Shown here piece by piece: positions 8,392 to 16,053 of a stretch of 58,338 nucleotides of DNA; within the stretch, counting starts at the first letter, position 1, and every line of letters begins with the position of its first letter. The notes under the pieces are model-generated. The model made no database searches. It had not been told where the DNA came from and worked only from the letters and a program-made list of their open reading frames with translations. The position numbers were made by a program, and so were the translations under genes. The stretch is from contig PLEC01000130.1 of the NCBI GenBank assembly GCA_003136935.1, positions 41,050 through 99,387 of the forward strand, written 5' to 3'. The stretch is from Gammaproteobacteria bacterium (GTDB lineage Bacteria > Pseudomonadota > Gammaproteobacteria > Steroidobacterales > Steroidobacteraceae).

Positions 8392-9996
8392 GTGGCGGTC
8401 GCGCGGGTGGCCTGCCGGGCGCAGGTTGGACTGTCAGCGCCGCAGGTACAAGTCGAGGTGAGTCTCGCCAGTGGGCTGCCCGGACTCTGCATCGTCGGAC
8501 TTGCGGCGACGGTGGTAAGGGAAAGCAAGGAGCGCGTGCGCGCCGCGCTGATCCATTCCGGTTTCGAATTCCCGGCGGGGCGCATCACCGTGAGTCTTTC
8601 GCCCGCGGACCTGCCGAAGGAGGGCGGCCGTTTTGACCTGCCCATCGCGCTGGGAATTCTGCTGGCATCCGGGCAGCTCCGAGCACCGGCGGCCAGCGCG
8701 CCCGCGGCGTGGACGCGCTGCGAGTACTACGGGGAACTCGGCCTTACGGGTGAATTGAATCCCGTGCCGGGTATCCTGCCCGCGGCGGCGCAGGCGCAGC
8801 GCCAGGGAGTGGAACTCATCGTGCCGCACGCCAACGCGGCGGAGGCCTGTGCTGCCGCCCCTGCGCTGGCGCGCGCGGCCGCGCATCTGCTCGAGGTGTG
8901 CGCGCATCTGCGGGGTATCGCGCCACTGCCGTTATGCGCGCACGCGCGTGCCGGCGCACATGACCCCAGTGCGCCGCCACGGGCAAACGCCCGCCTGGAT
9001 CTCACCGATGTGCGCGGCCAGTCGCTCGCGAAGCGTGCGCTCATCATCGCCGCCGCGGGTGCTCACAGTCTCCTCATGATCGGTCCGCCCGGTTCGGGCA
9101 AGAGCATGCTCGCGCAGCGTCTGCCGGATCTGCTGCCGGCGTTGTCGCACGACGAAGCGCTCGAGGTTGCAGCCATCGCCGCGGTAAGCACGGCGGGCTT
9201 CGACCCGGCGCGGCTCGGTGAGCGTCCGTTCCGCACTCCGCATCACACCGCTTCTGCTGCGGCACTCGTGGGTGGTGGCGCCCGCGCGCGGCCCGGGGAG
9301 GTGAGTCTTGCGCATCACGGCGTGCTGTTTCTTGACGAGCTGCCGGAATTTGCGCGCGCCGTGCTCGAGGCGCTGCGCGAACCACTCGAGGCCGGCGTCG
9401 TGTCGGTGGCGCGCTCGGCTCTGCAGGTGCAGTACCCGGCCGCGTTTCAGCTCATCGCCGCCATGAACCCCTGTCCCTGCGGACGCCTGGGTGACGATGC
9501 GGGCAGCTGCAACTGCTCGAGCCCCGTGGTGCAGCGCTATCGCGGACGCGTTTCCGGACCGCTGCTTGATCGGCTGGACCTGCAGGTGGAAATGCCGCGG
9601 GTGCCGGCCGCGCAGTTCGACGCGCCGGGGCTCGAAGAGACCTCGAGCCGCACTGCGGCGGCTGCGGTGACCGAGGCGCGCGGCATCCAGCGCGCTCGTC
9701 AGGGCACCTGCAATGCGCGGCTCGCGGATGCTGACGTGCCGCGCTGGTGCACCCCCGATGCCGCCGGACGGCGGCTGCTCGATACGGCGGTGGAGCGCTT
9801 CGGGCTTTCCGCGCGGTCACGAACCCGGGTGCTGAAAGTTGCCCGCACGATTGCGGACCTTGAGCGCGTGCCGCACGTTGGCGCCGCGCAGGTGGGCGAG
9901 GCGATGATGTTGCGATGTCTGGATCGCGCCGGGCGTGAACCGGCGCTGCGCGCGGTTACTGCGCCATCTGCAGCATGTGATCGACGGCCTCTTTGA
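8392..9996 (+). CDS. comM: YifB/ComM family Mg-chelatase-like ATPase
   Basis: 534 aa. N-terminal Lon-protease-like ChlI domain (VEVSLASGLPGLCIVGL). Walker A GPPGSGKSMLA. GVLFLDELPEF Walker B. C-terminal Mg_chelatase_C region. Confidence 0.85.
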   Translation: MAVARVACRAQVGLSAPQVQVEVSLASGLPGLCIVGLAATVVRESKERVRAALIHSGFEFPAGRITVSLSPADLPKEGGRFDLPIALGILLASGQLRAPAASAPAAWTRCEYYGELGLTGELNPVPGILPAAAQAQRQGVELIVPHANAAEACAAAPALARAAAHLLEVCAHLRGIAPLPLCAHARAGAHDPSAPPRANARLDLTDVRGQSLAKRALIIAAAGAHSLLMIGPPGSGKSMLAQRLPDLLPALSHDEALEVAAIAAVSTAGFDPARLGERPFRTPHHTASAAALVGGGARARPGEVSLAHHGVLFLDELPEFARAVLEALREPLEAGVVSVARSALQVQYPAAFQLIAAMNPCPCGRLGDDAGSCNCSSPVVQRYRGRVSGPLLDRLDLQVEMPRVPAAQFDAPGLEETSSRTAAAAVTEARGIQRARQGTCNARLADADVPRWCTPDAAGRRLLDTAVERFGLSARSRTRVLKVARTIADLERVPHVGAAQVGEAMMLRCLDRAGREPALRAVTAPSAACDRRPL

Positions 9997-10480
9997 TCAC
10001 CGCGTCCGGCACGTCCATGCGGCCGCCCTTGGGTGGCATGACGCCTGACTTGCCCTGGAAGCCCTTGAGGGCGTGCTCATAAAGTACGGCCTTGCCTTCG
10101 GCAATGCGCGGCGCCCAGGCCGCCTTGTCTCCGGCCTTGGGGGCGCCGGCGATTCCCTGTGCGTGGCAGACGCTGCAGGTCTGTTCGAACATTTCGGTGC
10201 CGTTCTTCGGCATGGCGGCGACTGCGGCGGAACCGGCCGCGGCGGGCCCTTCGGTCTTGATCGCGAGCGCCGAGTTGTCCTGGCCTGCGACGGCTTCGTG
10301 TGAGAGCGGCTCCAGGCGCGCGTCGACGTTCTTGCTGTAGTCGGGCTCACTGAGCACTTGCAGGTCCTGCGTGTGGCTCGCGACGATGCGCGCGAGCGCA
10401 AAAATCCCCACGGCGATCGCCAGCAACAGCGCGATCACCATGCTGAAAACGTTGAAAAAATGGGTATCCTGCTTGCTCAC
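9956..10480 (-). CDS. Membrane-anchored cytochrome c5-family protein
   Basis: N-terminal TM anchor (FFNVFSMVIALLLAIAVGIFALA). Single heme motif CSVCHAQG. Cytochrome c5-like tail (GIAGAPKAGDKAAWAPRI…MPPKGG). Its 3' end overlaps the comM 3' end convergently by 41 nt. Confidence 0.8.
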   Translation of the reverse strand: MSKQDTHFFNVFSMVIALLLAIAVGIFALARIVASHTQDLQVLSEPDYSKNVDARLEPLSHEAVAGQDNSALAIKTEGPAAAGSAAVAAMPKNGTEMFEQTCSVCHAQGIAGAPKAGDKAAWAPRIAEGKAVLYEHALKGFQGKSGVMPPKGGRMDVPDAVIKEAVDHMLQMAQ

Positions 10481-10606
10481 GTTGTTATCTGTCGCCGCGC
10501 GGCCGATTTAGCCGCGGAGTATAGCCGCTCCGCTCCCGGCTTCGTAGATCGAGCCGGCGCGTGTTGGACGGCTTTTGGGGCCGCGCGTATCATCGCCGGC
10601 CCCAAC

Positions 10607-10683
10607 GCGCCCGTAGCTCAGCTGGATAGAGTACTGCCCTCCGAAGGCAGGGGTCACTGGTTCGAATCCAGTCGGGCGCGCCA
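10607..10683 (+). tRNA. tRNA-Arg (anticodon CCG)
   Basis: Cloverleaf folded by hand. Acceptor GCGCCCG/CGGGCGC. D-arm GCTC…GAGT. Anticodon stem CTGCC/GGCAG with loop CTCCGAA. T-arm ACTGG-TTCGAAT-CCAGT. Encoded CCA end. Confidence 0.9.
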
Positions 10684-10687
10684 ATCC

Positions 10688-11590
10688 CTATCTCGCGCCA
10701 TAGCGGCGCAGCGCCGCGACGATTGTCTGGTGATCACCCGCCGTGGCGGCCTGCAGAGGCGTGGTGCCATCCGCATCGGCAGCGTTTGGATCGGCGCCAT
10801 GGGTCAACAGCGCAGTCACCGCGTCCGCCTGACCATGCAGCGTCGCCAGCATCAGGGCGGTGCGGCCCGCGCCATCACGTGAATCAACGTCCGTCTGCTT
10901 CTCAAGCAGTGCCTCCAGTGCCGCCAGGTTGCCGACCTCGGCTGCGCGTCGCAATGCGGCCGAGGGGTTCGTGCCAATGCGCGCTGCCGCAGCGATCGAG
11001 GTTACCGCGGAGGGGCTGCCGGGCACGCGCAGCTCTCTTGCAGGGGCGCCCGCAACAAAAGCGCCAGTGCCCGCTGCCTCTGACCCGGCAGGCGGGGCGA
11101 CCGACGTGGGTTGCGCCGGAAGCGCTGCCGTCGCCCCATTCGCCTTCGGCCGCGCGTGAGTGGCGCGCGTCGGCAGGTTCGCGCTCCGCACGGGCACCGG
11201 GGGCCTGGCTGTGACTTCCGGGGTCTGCGCAGATTGGGGCGGGGCCGATTCACTGGCCGTGCTGTCAACGGCCTGCGCGGTCGGGGCCGGCTCGGCCACT
11301 GGCGGGGCTCGCGGCGCAAGAAACTGCGGCGCGATCAGGAGACCCGCAAGACCGGCTGCGGCGAGCGTTCCCAAAATCGCGGGCCGCCACCAGGCGTGAC
11401 TCGCCGTTCGCCGCGACTTGAGCTTGTTGCCTGCGTATGCAGCCGCGCGCTCCGCCGCCAGCTGGGCAGCATAAGCGAGCACCGTGCGACTCACTGCCTC
11501 GCCTGGCCGGCTGGGGTCCAGAGCTGATGCCCGCCGATATTGATCATCGACATCGTCGGGTTGCTCCGGGGTCGGCGGCATCCTGCTCAT
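10688..11590 (-). CDS. Single-pass anti-sigma factor-like protein with periplasmic ankyrin repeats
   Basis: 300 aa. Its start overlaps the ECF sigma stop (ATGA). About 75-aa cytoplasmic N-terminus. One TM helix (WWRPAILGTLAAAGLAGLLIA). Long Ala/Pro-rich linker. C-terminal ANK repeats (GRTALMLATLHGQADAVTALLTHGADPNAADADGTTPLQAA). Confidence 0.7.
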   Translation of the reverse strand: MSRMPPTPEQPDDVDDQYRRASALDPSRPGEAVSRTVLAYAAQLAAERAAAYAGNKLKSRRTASHAWWRPAILGTLAAAGLAGLLIAPQFLAPRAPPVAEPAPTAQAVDSTASESAPPQSAQTPEVTARPPVPVRSANLPTRATHARPKANGATAALPAQPTSVAPPAGSEAAGTGAFVAGAPARELRVPGSPSAVTSIAAAARIGTNPSAALRRAAEVGNLAALEALLEKQTDVDSRDGAGRTALMLATLHGQADAVTALLTHGADPNAADADGTTPLQAATAGDHQTIVAALRRYGAR

Positions 11591-12159
11591 GCGTACTCGC
11601 TGAGTAGCTCGCGCAGCCTGTTGCGCGCATACCGTAGACGGCTCTTGGTCGTCTCGAAGCTGCTGCGCGTGATCGTCGCGACCTCTTCGATGCTGAGGTC
11701 ACCCTCGATCTGTAGCAGGAACGCATCGCGTTGTTCGCGCGCGAGCTGCCCGATCGCTCGCGTAAGCGCCGTTGCCTGGTCCCGCGCCACCACCGCTGCG
11801 AGCGGACCGACACCCGGCTCAGTGGTCAGCTGAGCCACAACCGATTCGGCTTCGTAGCCGACGGCTTCGAGGCTCACTTGCCGCCGACTCATTCGATTGG
11901 AGTCGATCATCCGATTGCGTGCGATGGTAAAGAGCCAGGTCGTGAACCGCGCCGTGGGCTCGTAGCGCACGGCATCGCGCGCGACTGCGAACCACACCTC
12001 CTGCATCAATTCGTCCGCCGTCGCGCGGTTGCCGACGTTGCGTTCGAGGTAACGCCAGATACGCATTTCGTGTCGCCGATAAAGCAGCTCGAACGCCGCA
12101 GCGTCGCCGCGTGCATAACGCCCGATCAGGGCCTCGTCACTCTCGCCCCCGTCCGTCAT
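11587..12159 (-). CDS. ECF-type RNA polymerase sigma-70 family factor
   Basis: 190 aa. Region 2 (AFELLYRRHEMRIWRYL…DELMQEVWFAV…FTTWLFTIARNRMID). Region 4 HTH (REQRDAFLLQIEGDLSIEEVATITRSSFETTKSRLRYARNRL). Confidence 0.9.
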   Translation of the reverse strand: MTDGGESDEALIGRYARGDAAAFELLYRRHEMRIWRYLERNVGNRATADELMQEVWFAVARDAVRYEPTARFTTWLFTIARNRMIDSNRMSRRQVSLEAVGYEAESVVAQLTTEPGVGPLAAVVARDQATALTRAIGQLAREQRDAFLLQIEGDLSIEEVATITRSSFETTKSRLRYARNRLRELLSEYA

Positions 12160-12188
12160 TCATTGCATCGTGGCAGGTATACGGTGCT

Positions 12189-13001
12189 TCATCCGGGAGG
12201 GTCAGGCACGTAATTCCGCTCCTGTGAGCCGGGAAACGGGTTGGGTGCCGGCGGAGTTGGGCGAGGTCGTCCGACGATGCCCATCGCCACCAGGTTATCC
12301 AGACTATCGTAGCGAATGCGTATGACCTCGTCTGGTTCGGGCTGCATCCTGCGGAACTGCGTGTATTCGACCCGGGAGTATTCGCGCTCGCCGTGGCCGG
12401 TGCCGAGTTTGGGGCCCGGCATGAGTGCCCGCGAGGCAAGTGCTGCCGCTGATGGCGCGCTCGCCGCCGCCAATGCCCGGTTGGATTCGGCCACCGGCGG
12501 CGTTGGCGGCTCGCGCGCCGATCCGGCGATCCGTGGTGGCGCGTAGACCACCGGCAGCGGGCGCTCGCGGAAGACCGCGACGCCGATAACGCCGACGTTC
12601 GCGGGCCGGCCGGTGCGTTCGGCGTAGGAATTCGGTGAATCGGTGAACGTAAAGGTGGCCACCTCCGCGTCGGACTTGCGCCACCCGGTGACCTGGTAAC
12701 GCTCGCCAGGGTTGAACACGTAGCCGTTCTGATTCCAACCCGCAGTTGCACCCGAGAGCACGTTGACGCCATCGACCGACGTCACGGCCAGTAAACGTCC
12801 GCCGATGCAATTGCGGATTTCGATCGCGTACCTTCCCCCGGGCGTGCCCGCTACCCAGTACTCGCCATGGAAATAGTGCGCGTCCAGTGTGACGCCGCTG
12901 TCGCGGTCCATAATCGTCACGTTGGCGACGGTGCCCACGGCCAGCGCATCGCAACTCGTCGCCAGGGCGGCAAGCGCCGCGAAGTGCACCATGCGTTTCA
13001 T
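12189..13001 (-). CDS. Secreted protein of unknown function, first gene of the ECF sigma operon
   Basis: 270 aa. Signal peptide MKRMVHFAALAALATSCDALA. Beta-rich N-terminal domain (…LAVTSVDGVNVLSG…GWRKSDAEVATFTFT…NVGVIGVAVFRE). Pro-rich linker. Second small domain (…IRIRYDSLDNLVAMGIV). I recognise no family. Coding is supported by codon bias and operon position 29 nt upstream of the sigma gene. Confidence 0.6.
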   Translation of the reverse strand: MKRMVHFAALAALATSCDALAVGTVANVTIMDRDSGVTLDAHYFHGEYWVAGTPGGRYAIEIRNCIGGRLLAVTSVDGVNVLSGATAGWNQNGYVFNPGERYQVTGWRKSDAEVATFTFTDSPNSYAERTGRPANVGVIGVAVFRERPLPVVYAPPRIAGSAREPPTPPVAESNRALAAASAPSAAALASRALMPGPKLGTGHGEREYSRVEYTQFRRMQPEPDEVIRIRYDSLDNLVAMGIVGRPRPTPPAPNPFPGSQERNYVPDPPG

Positions 13002-13152
13002 GTCGGCTCCAGTTACTTGATGGACTCAGCAACTAAAGCGGCGCAGGTACCGAAACGGGGTTAAGTCGTCCGCAGGTACCCCAGTGCCGTGAGGGGTTTG
13101 AGGTTGAGCGTCGCGGCCAAGGGTCGCCTCGACCTTAAAGCGCCGCAGAGAA

Positions 13153-14013
13153 CTACTGGTGGTGCTCGGACGCAGCCAGATCGCTGATGAGCGCCATCAG
13201 CTGCTCCTCGCCCCCGGCCTCGTTGACATCGGTAGTGTATTTGCCGTTGATGACGACGAACGGCACGTGCTCTACGTGATAGCGCTGGGTGATCTCCGCA
13301 GCGCGCGCGAGGTTTGAGTTCACCGAAAACGAGTTGTAGGCTTTGGCGAAATCATCCGCGCTCACGCCATTTTGCACCGCGAACGCCTGCTGCATGCGCA
13401 ATGTCTGGTCGTCACTGCTGCCAACCAGGGGTGAGCCCTGCTGCTGCACCGTGGCGAAGGCCTTCTCGAACAGATCGTCGCGACCGAGCGCTTCGAGCGT
13501 GTAGTAGAGCTTGGCGTGCGCCTGCTTGACGCGGTCCCAGATGACCGGAACGCGCACGAACTCCACGTAGGCGGGCTTTTTCTTCAGCCAGTCGAGCAGG
13601 TGCGGCTCGAGGTCGAAGCAATGCGAGCAGCCGAGCCAGAAAACTTCCATCACCTCGACCTTGCCGGGGGACGCCATGGTCGATTGCGCGGGCACCACCG
13701 GCCGGTAATTCGTCCCCGCTTTCCAGCGCCCGTCGGGAAGCTGCGCGCCGGCGGGCAGCGTCGCCATGTGCTCCAGCGACACGTCACTGCCAGCCGGATG
13801 ATCGTTGTCAGCGCCCGTTTCCTGGGAAGCGCGTGCCTGTTCGATCTCGGTCTGGCTGGAGGCGCTGGGCGCGGGCGCCGCGCTGGCCTGCGGCGCAGCC
13901 GCGGGAGGGGGCGCGACAGCCGCAGGGGTCGGTGCGCCAGAGTGCTGGCCGCAGGCATACAGAATGAGAACCACCGCGATGAGAAGCGGGCGCAGCAGCC
14001 GTGTTCCCCGCAT
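13153..14013 (-). CDS. dsbA: Thiol:disulfide interchange protein DsbA with extended N-terminal linker
   Basis: Thioredoxin-fold CxxC motif FWLGCSHCFDLEP. DsbA helical insert. C-terminal VPFVVINGKY. About 75 extra Ala/Pro/Ser-rich residues after a signal peptide ending in LILYAC. Confidence 0.85.
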   Translation of the reverse strand: MRGTRLLRPLLIAVVLILYACGQHSGAPTPAAVAPPPAAAPQASAAPAPSASSQTEIEQARASQETGADNDHPAGSDVSLEHMATLPAGAQLPDGRWKAGTNYRPVVPAQSTMASPGKVEVMEVFWLGCSHCFDLEPHLLDWLKKKPAYVEFVRVPVIWDRVKQAHAKLYYTLEALGRDDLFEKAFATVQQQGSPLVGSSDDQTLRMQQAFAVQNGVSADDFAKAYNSFSVNSNLARAAEITQRYHVEHVPFVVINGKYTTDVNEAGGEEQLMALISDLAASEHHQ

Positions 14014-14015
14014 AT

Positions 14016-14768
14016 TCAGCGCATGCCCTGCACGTAGGACGCCACGTCGCGGATCTGTTCGGATGTCAGTTGCTTGGCGATGGTCAGCATCATGACGCCG
14101 TTGCGACTGGCCTGCGCCGGGTTCGGTCCCGTATAACGCGCGCCACTCGCGTAGTCGTTCAGCTGCTTCACCACGTATACGGACTGCTGGGCGCGCAGCG
14201 CCGGGTAGCCCGCGGCGAGATTACCCCGCCCGACCGGCCCGTGACACGCGACGCAGGCCGGGACTTCGTGCGTGCGATCGCCGCTCAGGTACAGCGCTTC
14301 GCCGGCCTGCCAGTAAGAGGGATCCGCCTCCAGACCCGTCGGGGTCTGCGCCTCGTAGTACACCGCCAGATCACTGATGTCCTGGTCGCTTAAGGTTGCG
14401 GCCAGCGGCTTCATGATCGGGTTGTTGCGCACCCCGGAGCGGAACAACCGCAGCTGCTCGGCGATGTAGACGGCGCTCTGGCCGGCGAGTCGCGGCCAGT
14501 CAGGGTTGACGCTGTTGCCATTCGGGCCGTGGCAGGACGAGCAGACCGCCGACTTGGTGGCGCCATCGGCCGCCTTGCCGCTGGTGAAAGGGAACGTGGA
14601 CACGGCCGTCGGTGCGGCAGCCGCCGCTGGTGCCGCCGCTGCAGGGGTTTGCGGGGCCGCGGTGCCGGCGGCGGGCGACTGTGCGCGAGCGAAAGCCGGC
14701 GCCATACCGAGCGCGAACATCGCGGTGACGGTGAGTCCCATCCAACCGACTCTCAGGGTCCGCGGCAT
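14016..14768 (-). CDS. Dihaem cytochrome c4
   Basis: Signal peptide. Two CxxCH motifs (CSSCHGPNGNS and CVACHGPVGRG), each followed by the c4-type MxxxA context. Conserved position between dsbA and engB, as in Pseudomonas. Confidence 0.85.
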   Translation of the reverse strand: MPRTLRVGWMGLTVTAMFALGMAPAFARAQSPAAGTAAPQTPAAAAPAAAAAPTAVSTFPFTSGKAADGATKSAVCSSCHGPNGNSVNPDWPRLAGQSAVYIAEQLRLFRSGVRNNPIMKPLAATLSDQDISDLAVYYEAQTPTGLEADPSYWQAGEALYLSGDRTHEVPACVACHGPVGRGNLAAGYPALRAQQSVYVVKQLNDYASGARYTGPNPAQASRNGVMMLTIAKQLTSEQIRDVASYVQGMR

Positions 14769-14853
14769 TGTTTTCTTTCCCGTTTGTGCCCGTGACAGGA
14801 GGCCGCGAATTGTACACTACCGACGTGCTCAAGCTTTTTGTCCACCCGTCCCC

Positions 14854-15429
14854 ATGAGTCGTTTTTCCGCCGCGCGGTTTCTGATCAGCGCGGCCGCGCC
14901 AGCCCAGTTTCCGCCCGACATCGGCGCCGAGGTTGCGTTCGTCGGGCGCTCCAACGCGGGTAAGTCGAGCGCCATCAACGCCATCACGCACCGCCAGGGA
15001 CTTGCGCGCACCAGCAAGACCCCGGGGCGCACGCGCCTCCTGAACTTTTTCGAACTGGCGCCGGACAAGCGCCTCGTCGATCTGCCCGGCTATGGCTATG
15101 CGAGCGGACCTGCAACAGAGCGCCGCACCTGGAAGCCGCTCATCGACGCGCTGCATACGCGCGCGAGCCTGCATGGGCTATTCGTGATCGTGGATGCACG
15201 GCGTGGGCTGACTTCCGGAGACGAGGGGCTGCTGGAATGGGCCGCGCCCCAGCAGCAGGTGCATGTGCTGCTGTCCAAGGCCGACAAGCTCAATCGCAGC
15301 GAGGCGAGCCAGGCACTGCGGCACGCGACGGGTCTGCTGGGAGCGCGAGGCAGCGTGCAACTGTTCTCGGCGCTGAAAGGTACGGGCGTCCCGGAGGCTG
15401 AGGACACCCTTGCCGGCTGGCTCGGCTAG
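14854..15429 (+). CDS. engB: Ribosome-biogenesis GTPase YihA/EngB
   Basis: G1 GRSNAGKSSAIN. G3 DLPGYGY. G4 LSKADKL. Start chosen at MSRFSAARF (14854), because the ORF-track extension from 14506 is antisense to cytochrome c4. Confidence 0.9.
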   Translation: MSRFSAARFLISAAAPAQFPPDIGAEVAFVGRSNAGKSSAINAITHRQGLARTSKTPGRTRLLNFFELAPDKRLVDLPGYGYASGPATERRTWKPLIDALHTRASLHGLFVIVDARRGLTSGDEGLLEWAAPQQQVHVLLSKADKLNRSEASQALRHATGLLGARGSVQLFSALKGTGVPEAEDTLAGWLG

Positions 15430-15483
15430 TCCATTGGCCGAAATCCCAGGAAGCGATTTCGGCGGACAGTAGTTGCGTTTCCG

Positions 15484-15509
15484 CCGGCCAAAGGCGTGAC
15501 TTTGGCCGG
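15484..15509 (+). terminator. Stem-loop downstream of engB (no U-run)
   Basis: CCGGCCAAA-GGCGTGAC-TTTGGCCGG, a 9-bp perfect stem 55 nt after the engB stop. Confidence 0.35.
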
Positions 15510-15530
15510 CTGCTGCGGTGCCCAGCGCAT

Positions 15531-15566
15531 AAAAAACCCCGGCGGTTTCCTTCGAAGCCGCCGGGG
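15531..15566 (-). terminator. Rho-independent terminator (minus strand)
   Basis: The minus strand reads CCCCGGCGG-CTTCGAAGGAAA-CCGCCGGGG followed by TTTTTT. 9-bp GC stem plus U-tract. Confidence 0.85.
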
Positions 15567-15641
15567 TCAGACTAACCCGGCACAGGTCTCCTGAACCGGG
15601 TCTACCCGCTCAGGGAGGGAAGCGGGGAGTGCTACGCACTC
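15531..15641 (-). ncRNA. Candidate about 110-nt sRNA in the polA-engB spacer (Spot 42/ErsA syntenic position)
   Basis: Bounded by a sigmaE-like promoter (15648-15675) and the strong terminator. Predicted hairpins are GAGUGC-GUA-GCACUC, CCCGCU-UCCCUCCCUG-AGCGGG (C-rich loop) and ACCCGG-N15-CCGGGU, then the terminator. No plausible ORF. Confidence 0.45.
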
Positions 15642-15647
15642 GTTAGG

Positions 15648-15675
15648 TTCGACGCGGCCGAGTCCCGTGAGTTCC
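15648..15675 (-). promoter_or_regulatory. SigmaE/AlgU-type promoter candidate
   Basis: The minus strand reads GGAACTC-N16-TCGAA, compared with the remembered consensus GGAACTT-N16-TCnAA. Confidence 0.45.
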
Positions 15676-15755
15676 GATTTTGCTGAGAAAAATATCGTTA
15701 CAGATCATGAATTTGGGATGGACGATGTCGTGCAGACGCAACAAACCGCCGCTGC

Positions 15756-16053
15756 TTAGAGCAGGTTCAGAATGAACGCGAGCGTAAACACCTTGGCTCC
15801 GTTGGTGTTCGGGATATTGAAGTCCTCGTACTCGAGCCGCCCGCCGATGTTGCCGATATGCGCCTGGGCCCCAAGACCCCAGGCAAATTCGGTGCCCTGA
15901 TTCGAAAAAGCGAAGAAGTTCCCGGGCGGCACGGTGGAACCGGAGGTGCCGTCGAGCTAGGAACGGGAGCGGGATCGGCAGGAACCCGACGGCGTAGCCG
16001 GCGAAGGCCACAGACTCACCGATCCCGTCGCAAAGTCGCTCACCGGCGTTGGA
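15756..16053 (-). pseudogene. Frame-disrupted C-terminal remnant of a small beta-barrel-like (outer-membrane-type) protein
   Basis: There is no start codon. One frame opens right after the polA stop (…DGIGESVAFAGYAVGFLPIPLP). It then shifts into a second frame ending at the TAA at 15756-15758 (LDGTSGSTVPPGNFFAFSNQGTEFAWGLGAQAHIGNIGGRLEYEDFNIPNTNGAKVFTLAFILNLL). Alternating Gly/aromatic pattern. Confidence 0.3.

Noticed and set aside
9956-9996. 41-nt convergent overlap between the 3' ends of comM and the cytochrome c5 gene.
   Set aside because: Both reading frames keep family-like sequence up to their stops. Convergent 3' overlaps are common in compact high-GC genomes, and there is no evidence of regulatory significance from sequence alone.
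10607-13152. Possibility that the ECF operon next to tRNA-Arg is a genomic island integrated at the tRNA.
   Set aside because: I found no integrase, no transposase and no direct repeat of the tRNA 3' end within the following 3 kb, and there is no visible drop in GC content. I treat it as chromosomal.
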